Below, one piece after another: positions 35,603-44,885 of a stretch of 64,000 nucleotides of DNA. Origin of the DNA: Chloroflexota bacterium (lineage in GTDB: Bacteria > Chloroflexota > Dehalococcoidia > DSGV01). Made by a program: the position numbers and the translations under genes. Where the stretch lies: assembly GCA_021787985.1 (NCBI GenBank), contig JAJYLG010000001.1:50163-114162 (forward strand). The letters are read 5' to 3'. Each line of letters opens with the position of its first letter. Positions within the stretch are counted from its first letter, which is position 1. Under the pieces are notes generated by a model that saw only the letters and a program-made list of their open reading frames with translations, did not search any database and was not told the DNA's origin.

Positions 35603-36238
35603 TCAGGCCAGCGTGCCGGGGCCCGCGACGTTGACCAGCAGCACGTCGCCCGGGAACACGCCAGTCATCGTGTGGCTCGTGCCGCCGGGGAACACATACT
35701 CCCAGGCGACGCTGGTGCCGCTGGCCACCAGCTCGTAGGCCGTGGTCCAGCTCGTCCCGGCGACGTGGGCCGTCAGGTAGCCCTGGATGGTGGCGGTGCT
35801 GCTCTCCATCGGTCCCTTCCACACCACCACGTTGAAGCCGGCCGCGAAGGATTCGGACGCCGGTGGAGGCGTGGGCGTCGGTGAAGGAGTCGGGCTCGGC
35901 GAAGGTGTCGGCGTCGGCATGGCGATCACGAGCTTGCCGACCTTGTTGGTGCCGGATTCGGTGAACCACATGGCGCCGTCGGGGCCGGTGACGATGCCCT
36001 CGGGGAAGCTGCTGGCAGTTGGGATGGCGTACTCGGTGATGGTCGCGCCGGCTGTCAGTGTCGCCGGCCTGCTAGCGCCAGCCGCCCGACTCGCGGGCAG
36101 CCACCAGCTCCGCGTTGAAGGGGAGCCGCAGGAAGGTGACGCGGGACTCCGCGTCCGGGATGGCCGCGGCCTTGGCCTGCAAGGTAGCGTGGGCTTCATC
36201 GAACAGCTCGTGCGCCCGGCGTCCCTCTCCCAGCGCAC
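35603..36238 (-). CDS. Hypothetical protein with a single Vgb-lyase-like beta-propeller repeat and a Pro/Thr linker
   Basis: The ORF overlaps the 3' end of the SARP regulator gene, and there is no ATG after the regulator stop at 36072. The repeat is ...ITEYAIPTASSFPEGIVTGPDGAMWFTESGTNKVGKL.... Possibly a gene remnant. Confidence 0.3.
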   Translation of the reverse strand: MRWERDAGRTSCSMKPTLPCRPRPRPSRTRSPASPSCGSPSTRSWWLPASRAAGASRPATLTAGATITEYAIPTASSFPEGIVTGPDGAMWFTESGTNKVGKLVIAMPTPTPSPSPTPSPTPTPPPASESFAAGFNVVVWKGPMESSTATIQGYLTAHVAGTSWTTAYELVASGTSVAWEYVFPGGTSHTMTGVFPGDVLLVNVAGPGTLA

Positions 36239-39200
36239 GGTAGGTCTGCGCCCCCGCCCAGAGGATGTACTGGGGGTGTATCATCGCGTCGGCCGTGCAG
36301 CCAAGAAGGTCGAGCAGTTCATCCGCGCACGCCCGCGCCTTAGCCAGGTTGCCGGCGCGCAGGTAGGCTACGGTGAGGTCGCACAGGTCGGCGCCCAGGT
36401 CAGCCGGGCGGTCAAGTCGGCGGCGGATGGCAAGGCCGGCCTCCATGTGCTCGACGGCCTGGGCCAGACGGCCGAGCTCCCGCTCGGCGGCTCCCAGGTT
36501 GCCGAGGGCCGTGCCTTCCAGGACCGGGTTGCGGATCGCGCGCGCGAGCTCCAGCCCGCGGCGCGCGGCGGCCTCGGCGGCCGGATGGTCGCCCTGGAAG
36601 AACGCCGCCATCCCGGCGTTCAGTGCGCATGCCGCCTGCCCGCGCAGATCGTCGAGGGAGCGGAACAGCTCCTCGGCCTTGTGGAACGAATCCACGCTTT
36701 CCGTGTACTGGCCAAGGCCGCCCGCAAGCATGCCAGCGTTGACCAGGACGGCGGCCTCGCCCTGCCGCTTGCCCAACGCGTGATATAGGCTTGCGGCGCG
36801 CTCGTAGTGCTGACGGGCCTCCTGGATGCGGAACAGCCGCGCCGCCACCATGCCGAGAGATGCGTGGGCGCCCGCCTCGCCCTCGCGGTCGCCGATTGTG
36901 CGGCACAAGTCGAGCATCTGCTGGCCCAGCGCACCGGCGGAGTCGAAACGCTGCTGTGCGAACAGCGCTCCTACGGCCGACCCCAGCGTCTGTACCATCA
37001 GCGACTGGTTCATCTGCCACCCGCGAAACGCGAGGGCAGTCCGGATCAGGTCTTCCGCCTCCTCGAACCGGCCCTGCTGAACGGCGACGTCGGCCAGTAG
37101 GCAGCAGCACTCCGCCTGACCGCCCGCGTCGTCGCGTGCCTGACGCAGCCCAAGAACTCGCTGTAGCGCGACCCAGGCCGCGTCGTATCGATTGAGCAGC
37201 AATTGATGGACGGCTTCGGCTTGCAGCGCCTCGACCTGCCAGCGGGGCCGCTCGGCAGCCGCCGCGTGCAGCGCCTCAATAAGGGCGGCTTCGGCCTGGC
37301 GCTCGCCGAGCGCTCGGTGAAAGAGAACCTGGCGGTGAAGCAGCTCACACAGCAGGTCGCCGTCGCCCAGGCTGCGCGCCAGCCCGCCCAACTCCGCCAG
37401 GTCGGCCCGCTGTGCTTCTCGGTCACCGCGGCGGCTGTGGACGCGCTCGCGCAAGAGTAGCGCGTCACACCGGGGCCGCGGGGCAGACGTCAGCTCAAGG
37501 CAGCGGGACAGATGGGCCAGTGCCTCCTCGCCGGCGTGGAGCGCCAGGGCGTGGCGAGCCGCGCGCAGGGAGTAATGGGCAGCGCGATCGGGGTCACCGC
37601 CCCGGTCGAAGTGCAAGGCCAGCTCAGCGGTCAGGTCGTCGAGCCGCTGGGAGTACAGCTCCTCCATAACGCGCGCAACGCGGCGGTGCCGGCGCCTGCG
37701 TGCCGGCGCCGGGATCCCGGCGTAGACCGCGGCCTGGATCAGGTGGTGGGTGAAGGCGTAGTCGAAGCGGCTGCCACCGCCTACCTCGCGCACCAGGTGG
37801 TGGTCGTGCAGCTCGCCCAGCGCATCGAGGACGCGGTCCTCCTCCCAGCCGCTCACCTCACGCGCCAGCTCGACGTCGAACGCCGTGCCGGCGACCGCAG
37901 CGACCTCGGCCAGCGCGCGAGCCGTCGGCGACAGCCGCGCCAGGCGATCGGCGACGGTCGCACGCAGACCGCCGGAGAGCGACGACGGGCGTGGCCCCAG
38001 CTCCGGCAGCGCCGCGGCCCCCGACTCCAGCAGCTCGTGGACCAGCTCGTTCAAGAAGAGCGGATTGCCCTCGCTGGCCGAATGCAGGCGCCGCGCCAAC
38101 TCGGGTAGCGGCATACGCTCCGACCCCGCCCTGGTGCTCAGACCCGGCGCCCGTTCCACCATGCGCTCCACCGCGGAGACCGGCAGCCGTTCCAGGGCGA
38201 GGTGAGTGATCAGGTTCTCCCGCTGCAATCGCCGGCGTAGGTCTCGCAACGGGTGGGCGCGTCCCGTCTCTTCCTCCCGATAGGTCACCAGCACGAGCAA
38301 CGGATGACGTGGAGCGCGACGAGCCAGGACCTCCAGCAGGGTGACCATTGCGGCGCCGCCCCAGTGCAAGTCCTCCAGGATGACGAGCAGCGGACGCGGC
38401 TGCGCCAGCCCCTCGAGGACGCGCGCCAGAGCTTCGAACAAGCGCGCCTGCTCGCGCTCTGGGTCGAGCGGTGGGAGCGCGACCGGCTTGCCAGCGCGGG
38501 CACGCAGCTCAGGGAGCAATGGACCGGCGGCAGCGAACCACAGCGGGTCCAGGTCCAGCGCAGCCAGCAGCGGCAGGGCGGAGCGCAACGCCTCGACGAG
38601 GGCGTGGTATGGCATTGGCTCGGCCGGCCGCGCCGTCCCGGCCAGCACGCGCGCCGCTTCAGCCCGGACCACGAGCGCGAGCTCGGCGGCCAGACGGGAC
38701 TTTCCTATCCCGGCCTCCCCGCCGACCAGGACGACCCCGCCGCGACCACGGGCCGCCCGCGTCCAGCAGGCGCGGAGCTGTTCCGGCTCGGCCTCGCGCC
38801 CGACGAACGGCAGGGGCGCCGAGCGCTTCTCCTCCTCGTTGGCGGCGGCTGTCTCCCTCGCCGGCTGCACGCCCGGGATCTGCTGACCCCGGACGACCGC
38901 CTCGTACAAGGCGGTCGTCTCCGGCATCGGCAGGGCCGCTAGCTCCTCCTGAAGGCGGCGCACGAAGCGCCTGTATTCCAGGACCGCGCCGGCGCGGTCG
39001 CCAGGCTCGTAGCGCAAGGCGATCAGGCGCTGCGCCACGTCCTCGCGCAGCGGATCCTTCGCCAGGAGCTGCTGGCAGTAGGCGATGGCCCGACGGTGGT
39101 CACGGTGCGTCCAGCTCTCGCTGATGAGCCGGTCCAGGTGTGCCACGTACAGGTTGCGAAGGCGCTCGCGCTCGGCGAACAGCCAATCCTCGTAGACGTT

Positions 39201-39590
39201 CTCCAGCAGGTCGGCAGTGTAGAGCGCCACCGCGCTGGCCAGGTCGTCGACGGTGGAGCCCGCTTGCTCGAACTGGGATACATCGAGCCAGTAGTCCGCG
39301 GCAGGGTTCCAACGGACCGTCTTGGCGTCGCTCAGCAGCCAGGGGTGGCGCGGCGGGGCGGCGGGCAGGGCGCGTTGCAGGTGGTGGAGATGCCGGCGCA
39401 GGTTGGCGCGGGCATTCGCTTCCGATTCGTCGGGCCAGAGAGCGAACGCGAGGGTATCCCGCCCGATGGGTTGCGAGGCGTGGAGCAGCAGATACGCCCA
39501 GAGCGGCAGCGTCTTGGGCGGAGCCGCCAGCCGAAACGGCTGCCCATCGGCGAGGAAGCGTGGCTGGCCGAAGAGGTGTATGCGCAGCAT
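36072..39590 (-). CDS. SARP/AfsR-family regulator: OmpR-type winged helix plus BTAD, NB-ARC-type ATPase and C-terminal TPR region (~1170 aa)
   Basis: From ATG 39588-39590 the protein reads MLRIHLFGQPRFLADGQPFRLAAPPKTLPLWAYLLLHASQPIGRDTLAFALWPDE..., then a Walker A VLVGGEAGIGKSRLAAEL, then a long helical repeat region. Confidence 0.8.
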   Translation of the reverse strand: MLRIHLFGQPRFLADGQPFRLAAPPKTLPLWAYLLLHASQPIGRDTLAFALWPDESEANARANLRRHLHHLQRALPAAPPRHPWLLSDAKTVRWNPAADYWLDVSQFEQAGSTVDDLASAVALYTADLLENVYEDWLFAERERLRNLYVAHLDRLISESWTHRDHRRAIAYCQQLLAKDPLREDVAQRLIALRYEPGDRAGAVLEYRRFVRRLQEELAALPMPETTALYEAVVRGQQIPGVQPARETAAANEEEKRSAPLPFVGREAEPEQLRACWTRAARGRGGVVLVGGEAGIGKSRLAAELALVVRAEAARVLAGTARPAEPMPYHALVEALRSALPLLAALDLDPLWFAAAGPLLPELRARAGKPVALPPLDPEREQARLFEALARVLEGLAQPRPLLVILEDLHWGGAAMVTLLEVLARRAPRHPLLVLVTYREEETGRAHPLRDLRRRLQRENLITHLALERLPVSAVERMVERAPGLSTRAGSERMPLPELARRLHSASEGNPLFLNELVHELLESGAAALPELGPRPSSLSGGLRATVADRLARLSPTARALAEVAAVAGTAFDVELAREVSGWEEDRVLDALGELHDHHLVREVGGGSRFDYAFTHHLIQAAVYAGIPAPARRRRHRRVARVMEELYSQRLDDLTAELALHFDRGGDPDRAAHYSLRAARHALALHAGEEALAHLSRCLELTSAPRPRCDALLLRERVHSRRGDREAQRADLAELGGLARSLGDGDLLCELLHRQVLFHRALGERQAEAALIEALHAAAAERPRWQVEALQAEAVHQLLLNRYDAAWVALQRVLGLRQARDDAGGQAECCCLLADVAVQQGRFEEAEDLIRTALAFRGWQMNQSLMVQTLGSAVGALFAQQRFDSAGALGQQMLDLCRTIGDREGEAGAHASLGMVAARLFRIQEARQHYERAASLYHALGKRQGEAAVLVNAGMLAGGLGQYTESVDSFHKAEELFRSLDDLRGQAACALNAGMAAFFQGDHPAAEAAARRGLELARAIRNPVLEGTALGNLGAAERELGRLAQAVEHMEAGLAIRRRLDRPADLGADLCDLTVAYLRAGNLAKARACADELLDLLGCTADAMIHPQYILWAGAQTYRALGEGRRAHELFDEAHATLQAKAAAIPDAESRVTFLRLPFNAELVAARESGGWR

Positions 39591-39899
39591 GGGAGCATCT
39601 ACCGTCCCGCAGTAGCGCCCGCCGGGCAACGTGGCCCGTCGAGACGAGGAGCGGTTGAACCGCTCTTGCCTTACGTTCTCCTCTAGCAGCGAGAATACCC
39701 CATTCCGGCCGTGACGCCGCGCTCTCGGTGGTGACAGCGAGAACCCCGCGGCCCGCCTTGCGCGGAAGGACGCCCCGCATCCGTCCTACGCCCGGGAGCC
39801 CGGCTGCTCAGGAACCAGAAAGGCAAGCGGTGTCCGGTGGGTGCCGACCGAGTACAACCCGTTGCGGCCGTTGGCGGCCGCACCCTACACTTGCTGCGC

Positions 39900-39976
39900 G
39901 GGCGGTTAGCTCAGTTGGTTAGAGCGCCACGTTGACATCGTGGAGGTCACTGGTTCGAGTCCAGTATCGCCCACCA
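39900..39976 (+). tRNA. tRNA-Val (anticodon GAC)
   Basis: Acceptor GGGCGGT/ATCGCCC with a G-U pair, D-arm GCTC-AGTTGGTTA-GAGC, anticodon loop TTGACAT, T-arm ACTGG-TTCGAGT-CCAGT, and an encoded CCA. Confidence 0.9.
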
Positions 39977-40282
39977 CTCCGCAGCGTTTCTCGGCTCGCC
40001 GCTGGCGGGCCGCTTTCTTCAACCGTCGGCTATACTGCGGGTACAGGCGTCGAAGCGGACACGCGGCGTCCCAGCGAGCGCGCAGAGACGGGGCCCTCCG
40101 GCTGCAAGGCCCCCCGCAGCGCAGACGCACGCACCACCGCGGAGCCGGGCGAAATCAATCGCCTCCGGACGGCCCCGTTACCGGCCAGGAACAAGGCCCG
40201 CCTGCGGCGGGTGAACCAGGGTGGAACCACGGAGCGCGCCTCCCGTCCCTCGGACGCGGAGGCGCGTTTGCTTGGAGCGACG

Positions 40283-40549
40283 ATGAGCAAGAAGAAGCGC
40301 GCCAAGACGGCGGCCCCAACGGGATCGCGCGGCTGGAAGGCGTTCTCCGGCGTCTTCACCGTCATCTACGCGGTCGGCGCCGGGGTGAGCGTCGTGGCCG
40401 GGGTGGCCTTCGCTACCTATGGGGACTGGGTCGGGGCGGCGCTGATGCTTGGGAGCGCCGCGGTCCTTGGCCTGGGCGTCGTCCAGCACCTGGGCTATTT
40501 CCGTCGCGGCAGGCCGATCACGCGGCGCGGGAAGGATGGTGAGCGATGA
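40283..40549 (+). CDS. Small two-helix membrane protein (88 aa)
   Basis: Reads MSKKKRAKTAAPTGSRGWKAFSGVFTVIYAVGAGVSVVAGVAFATYGDWVGAALMLGSAAVLGLGVVQHLGYFRRG.... A GGAG RBS lies 7 nt upstream. Its stop overlaps the thrS ATG (ATGA). Confidence 0.45.
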   Translation: MSKKKRAKTAAPTGSRGWKAFSGVFTVIYAVGAGVSVVAGVAFATYGDWVGAALMLGSAAVLGLGVVQHLGYFRRGRPITRRGKDGER

Positions 40550-42309
40550 GCGCGAAGCTGGAGGCGATGTCCAAGGGGGAGCGGCTGCTCCGCATGCGGC
40601 ACTCGGCCTCGCACGTGATGGCGCAGGCGGTCCTCGAGATCTTCCCGATGGCGAAGTGGGCCATCGGCCCTGCCATCGACACCGGCTTCTACTACGACTT
40701 CGACCTCCCGCGCCCGCTCACGCCGGAGGACCTGGAAGATGTCGCGCGCAGGATGCAGGAAACGGTCCGCCGCGGCGACGCGTTCGCGCAGCGCTTCGTC
40801 GACAAGGAGGAAGCGCGCCGCATCTTCGCCGGCCAGCCGTACAAGATCGAGCTGATCGACGGCATCGCCGATGAGCGGGTCTCGCTCTACCAGCAGGGCC
40901 CGTTCCTCGACCTCTGCGAAGGGCCGCACGTCGAGCGGACAGACCAGATCGGCGCGTTCAAGCTGATGAGCGTGGCCGGGGCGTATTGGCGGGGAGACGA
41001 GCGCCGGCCGATGCTGCAACGCATCTACGGCGCTCTGTTCGAGACGCAGCAGGACCTGGACCAGCACCTCCACCAGCTCGAGGAGGCGCGCAGGCGCGAT
41101 CACCGGCGCCTTGGTCGCGAGCTGGGCCTGTTCACCTCGGCGGAGGAGGTCGGCGCGGGGCTGCCGCTGTGGCTGCCCAAGGGCGCCGCCGTCCGGCGCA
41201 TTCTCGAGACCTACATCGTGGAGGAGGAGCGGAGGCGCGGCTACCAGCACGTCTACACGCCCCATCTGGCGAAGGTGGAGCTGTACCAGCGGTCCGGCCA
41301 TTGGGATCACTATCGCGACTCGATGTTCCCGCCCATGGTGCTGGAGAACGAGCAGCTTGTGCTGCGGCCGATGAACTGCCCGCACCACATCACGATCTAC
41401 GGCGCCGGCCAGCACTCCTACCGTGAGCTGCCGGTCCGGCTGGCCGAGCTGGGCACGATGTACCGCTATGAGAAGTCGGGCGAGCTGGCCGGCCTGTCGC
41501 GCGTGCGCGCCATGACGCTCAACGATGCCCACATCTTCTGCCGGCTCGACCAGCTCAAGGACGAGTTCCTGGGGGTGCTCGACCTGATCCGCGAGGCGTA
41601 CCGCGTGCTGGGCTTCCGCGACCACTGGTACCGGCTTTCGCTGCGCGACCCCGCCGACACGGAGAAGTACGTCCAGAACGACGCCATGTGGGACGAGGCC
41701 GAACGCCTGCTGCACGAGGCGATGGACGAGACCGATCTTGAGTACGTCGACGCGCCGGGCGAGGCTTCCTTCTACGGGCCGAAGCTCGACGTGCAGGTGC
41801 GCAACGCCACCGGCCGGGACGAGACCGTCTCGACCATCCAGATCGACTTCCACCTGCCGGAGCGGTTCGGGCTCGAGTACATCGGCGCGGACGGTCAGCC
41901 GCACCGGCCGGTGATCATCCATCGCGGGGTGATCTCGACGATGGAGCGGCTGATGGCTTTTCTGATCGAGACCTACGCCGGCGTCTTCCCGGTGTGGCTG
42001 GCGCCGGTCCAGGCTACCTTCATCCCGATCGCCGACCGGCATCTGGATTACGCGCGGGCGGCGGCACGGCGCTTTATCGAAGCCGGGCTGCGGGTGGAGG
42101 TGGACGACGGCCAAGAGCGGATGAGCGCCAAGATCCGCAACGCCCAGCTCCAGAAAGTGCCGTACATGCTGGTGTGCGGCGACCGGGAGGTCGGCGGGGG
42201 GGCGCTGGCCGTGCGGACGCGCGGTGGGCAGGACCTCGGCCCGATGCCGGCCGAGGCGGTGCTGCGGCGGCTGCTCGAGGAGTCGAAGCCCGGGGCGGAG
42301 TCGACGTGA
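40546..42309 (+). CDS. thrS: Threonine--tRNA ligase (short form without N-terminal TGS domain)
   Basis: Contains ...RMRHSASHVMAQAV... (the editing-domain HxxxH), ...DHRRLGRELGLF... and class II motifs 2 and 3, and at 587 aa is consistent with a short-form ThrRS. Confidence 0.9.
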   Translation: MSAKLEAMSKGERLLRMRHSASHVMAQAVLEIFPMAKWAIGPAIDTGFYYDFDLPRPLTPEDLEDVARRMQETVRRGDAFAQRFVDKEEARRIFAGQPYKIELIDGIADERVSLYQQGPFLDLCEGPHVERTDQIGAFKLMSVAGAYWRGDERRPMLQRIYGALFETQQDLDQHLHQLEEARRRDHRRLGRELGLFTSAEEVGAGLPLWLPKGAAVRRILETYIVEEERRRGYQHVYTPHLAKVELYQRSGHWDHYRDSMFPPMVLENEQLVLRPMNCPHHITIYGAGQHSYRELPVRLAELGTMYRYEKSGELAGLSRVRAMTLNDAHIFCRLDQLKDEFLGVLDLIREAYRVLGFRDHWYRLSLRDPADTEKYVQNDAMWDEAERLLHEAMDETDLEYVDAPGEASFYGPKLDVQVRNATGRDETVSTIQIDFHLPERFGLEYIGADGQPHRPVIIHRGVISTMERLMAFLIETYAGVFPVWLAPVQATFIPIADRHLDYARAAARRFIEAGLRVEVDDGQERMSAKIRNAQLQKVPYMLVCGDREVGGGALAVRTRGGQDLGPMPAEAVLRRLLEESKPGAEST

Positions 42310-42429
42310 AGGCGGCCGTGACACGCGCTTGACGTGACACGACGAGCTTCGGCTGGAGTGCCGGCGCAAGCACACCAACGCGGACGGCGCGCGAACGCTC
42401 GCAGCCACGAGCCCCGGTGCGCCTCGGCG

Positions 42430-42556
42430 GAGCGCGCGCGCCCACGCCCACCGTCACTCCCGCGCGCCCGCCGTCATTCCCGCGAAGCCTGCCCCCGCGG
42501 AGGCGGGGGGCGGGAATCCAGCATCGAGCGGCCTTCTCCCCGCCCTGGATTCCGGC
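42430..42556. repeat. Structured intergenic repeat, copy B (inverted relative to copy A), plus an adjacent GGAATCCAG/CTGGATTCC hairpin
   Basis: Tandem CCCACCGTCACTCCCGCG / CCCGCCGTCATTCCCGCG units are followed by CATTCCCGCGAAGCCTGCCCCCGCGGAGGCGGGGGGCGGGAATCCAG. Confidence 0.6.
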
Positions 42557-42570
42557 TCGCGCTCGCGTCC

Positions 42571-42645
42571 GCTCGCCAGGATGCTGGGCTACGACGAGGC
42601 GGACGTGGACTGGCTGCCGTCCGCCGAGGCGGAGTCCTTGGCGAC
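42571..42645 (+). pseudogene. ~75-nt fragment duplicating an internal segment of the ArsM-like methyltransferase gene (45012-45086)
   Basis: ~90% nucleotide identity. It translates to LARMLGYDEADVDWLPSAEAESLA versus LARMLGYDEADLDRLPSAVAESFA in the full gene. Confidence 0.5.
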
Positions 42646-42945
42646 CGCGGATGCGGCGCCCGGGAGAATGAAAGATTTCTCCCTATGGTCTGTCGGGCTT
42701 GACAGCATTATGAACGTTTCGTATGATTCTCTCTGTCCGAGCGCGTGCCAGACGGCGCTGCTCGGAGGGGACGTCGGATGCGCCCTGCGTCGCGCTGTCG
42801 GCTTTGCGCTACACCGTTCGAAGGTCCAGGCGGTTGGGTCAACCGAGTGTTCCGTCGCGTGACGCGCTTCCGTAAGAATCCCAACATCTGCACAACGTGA
42901 AACGAACTTACGCCCCTGGGTCAGGGGCAGCGGCGCACAGTCAGC

Positions 42946-43485
42946 GTGCTCTTCGCTGACTGCCGCGGCTTTTCCGCCCTCGTCGAGAGCTACCCGGCTG
43001 AAGAAGTGGTCCGGGTGCTCAACCGCTTTTTCCAAGCCGCCACCGACGTATTGCTGGCCCACGATGCCTGTATCGACAAGCTCATGGGAGACCAGCTCAT
43101 GGCCGTGTTCGGTGCCCCGATTGTGCGGCCGGACCACGCAGACCAGGCCGTCGAGGCCGCGGTCGAGATACAGACGGCGATGACGGAGTTGTTTCCCCGC
43201 GGGGGAGAGCCGCGCCTCCGGATCGGCATCGCCATCAACAGCGGCGTGGCTCTGGTGGGCAACCTGGGCTCTCGCGAGTTCAAGGACTTCACGGCCATCG
43301 GCGACGTGGTCAATCTGGGCGCCCACCTTCAGGAGCAGGCAGGACCTGGCGAGGTGCTCGTTACCGAGGCAACCACAGGGATGCTGGCGAAGCAGCCGGA
43401 CCACGCCGCGGGGCGAGTCGTGGCCGTCAAGGGTCGAGCTGAGCCAGTGCGGGTAACGGCCCTCGTGTTTCCGGAAGGCACTTGA
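42946..43485 (+). CDS. Class III adenylate/guanylate cyclase catalytic (CHD) domain protein
   Basis: Contains ...RRTVSVLFADCRGFSALVESY... and ...IGIAINSGVALVGNLGSREFKDFTAIGDVVNLGAHL.... It has a GTG start at 42946 (a CTG further upstream is also possible). No other domains. Confidence 0.6.
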   Translation: MLFADCRGFSALVESYPAEEVVRVLNRFFQAATDVLLAHDACIDKLMGDQLMAVFGAPIVRPDHADQAVEAAVEIQTAMTELFPRGGEPRLRIGIAINSGVALVGNLGSREFKDFTAIGDVVNLGAHLQEQAGPGEVLVTEATTGMLAKQPDHAAGRVVAVKGRAEPVRVTALVFPEGT

Positions 43486-44177
43486 TGGCCCCGGTCACGC
43501 CGCTGCTGCGGGTCCCCCTGTTCGCGGGGCTGCGTCCGCCCGAGCTGGAGGAGATCGCGCGGCGGCTGGTCCCGCGCCTCTATCGGCGGGGCCAGGTGGT
43601 CTTTCACCAGGGAGACCCCGGCGGCTGCCTCTACATCATTGAGCGCGGAAGCGTGAAGGTCTCCCTTCTGTCGGAGACGGGAGAGGAAGCGCTGCTCGCA
43701 ATCATGGGCGCCGGCGACTTCTTCGGCGAGCTGGCGTTGATCGACGGTCAACCCAGATCGGCCACCGTGATCGCCCTGGCAGACACGCGTGCCTGCACGC
43801 TTGACCACCAGAGCTTCCTCGCCTTCTTCGGGGCCTCGCCCGAGGCTGCCGTCGCGGTCTGCGGCGCCTTGGCGGCTCGGCTGCGCCAGATGAACCAGCG
43901 TTTCGCCGAGGTCATCTCCCTTGATCTGCCCGGACGACTGGCCAAGTGCCTGCTCGAGCTGGCGGAGCGGAACGGCGAGGCGGTGGCCGAGGGAGTGGCG
44001 TTCGAGCTGCCGCTCAGCCAGAGGGAGATAGGGGAGCTGGTGGGGGCGTCGCGCCAAAGCGTCAATCGCGCGCTCGCCCAGTGGGAACACCTGGGACTCT
44101 TACGACGACGCCACCGCCGCATCGTCCTCGTCCGTCCGGACGCCCTGCAACGGCGCATCGTGCCACGGCTGTCGTAA
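43485..44177 (+). CDS. Crp/Fnr-family transcriptional regulator
   Basis: Has a cNMP-binding domain (...FFGELALIDGQPRSATVIA...) and a C-terminal HTH (...SQREIGELVGASRQSVNRAL...). The ATG overlaps the upstream stop (TGATG). Confidence 0.8.
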   Translation: MAPVTPLLRVPLFAGLRPPELEEIARRLVPRLYRRGQVVFHQGDPGGCLYIIERGSVKVSLLSETGEEALLAIMGAGDFFGELALIDGQPRSATVIALADTRACTLDHQSFLAFFGASPEAAVAVCGALAARLRQMNQRFAEVISLDLPGRLAKCLLELAERNGEAVAEGVAFELPLSQREIGELVGASRQSVNRALAQWEHLGLLRRRHRRIVLVRPDALQRRIVPRLS

Positions 44178-44280
44178 AGATGACACCTCAAGTGTCTCGC
44201 CGACGCTACTCGCGCGGTCGGGCGGCGAGGCGTAATGAAGACGCTTGATCATAAGCACTCGCGCAACGGGGAGGACAGCG

Positions 44281-44838
44281 ATGACGACAACCATCAACCG
44301 CAACGGCATCAACATCGATCAGCTCATGCAGACGATTGAGGCCATCCGCCAGGACCCGGAGCTGGCGCGGTTCCAGTTCCGGGCACACAGCGAGTGGCAA
44401 GGCGGCGCACGCTCCGCTACCAGGATTCAGGGTTTCTATGGCGCCGGCCAAGAGGACAGCTCGCGTTCGCGGCCGTTCGAGGTCGGTGGGGACGAGCCGC
44501 CGCTGCTCCTGGGCACGGACACGGCTCCCAACGCGGTGGAGACGGTGCTGGCGGCCCTCGCCTCCTGCCTGACAGTGGGCTACGTCTACAACGCCGCGGC
44601 GCAGGGCGTCAAGATCGAGTCGCTGGACTTCGACCTGGAGGGCGATGCGGACCTGCGGGGCTTCCTGGGCCTGTCGGAGACGGTCCGGCCGGGGTTCGGC
44701 GGGATCCGGCTCACCTACCGCGTGAAGGCAGATGCACCTCGCGAGAAGCTCGAAGAGCTATGCGAGTACGTTCAACGCACCTCACCGGTGCTGGATATCA
44801 TCCGCAATCCTGTGCCGGTGTCGATCGAACTGCGGTAG
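44281..44838 (+). CDS. OsmC/Ohr-family protein
   Basis: Contains ...FRAHSEWQGGARSATRIQGFYGAGQ... and ...LAALASCLTVGYVYNAAAQGVKIESL.... A GGGGAGGA RBS precedes it. Confidence 0.75.
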   Translation: MTTTINRNGINIDQLMQTIEAIRQDPELARFQFRAHSEWQGGARSATRIQGFYGAGQEDSSRSRPFEVGGDEPPLLLGTDTAPNAVETVLAALASCLTVGYVYNAAAQGVKIESLDFDLEGDADLRGFLGLSETVRPGFGGIRLTYRVKADAPREKLEELCEYVQRTSPVLDIIRNPVPVSIELR

Positions 44839-44885
44839 GCCGGCGCGGGCCAGGGCAGGACGTCGAGAATCGGGAGGCGAGCGGG

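Noticed and set aside
40495-42408. 637-aa minus-strand ORF
   Set aside because: It is antisense to thrS, which has unambiguous class II synthetase motifs.
42898-42948. In-frame TGA 16 codons upstream of the cyclase domain as a fifth Sec codon
   Set aside because: There is no homology support for an extension, no start codon upstream of the TGA in that frame, and no hairpin. The cyclase domain most likely starts at the GTG or CTG after it.
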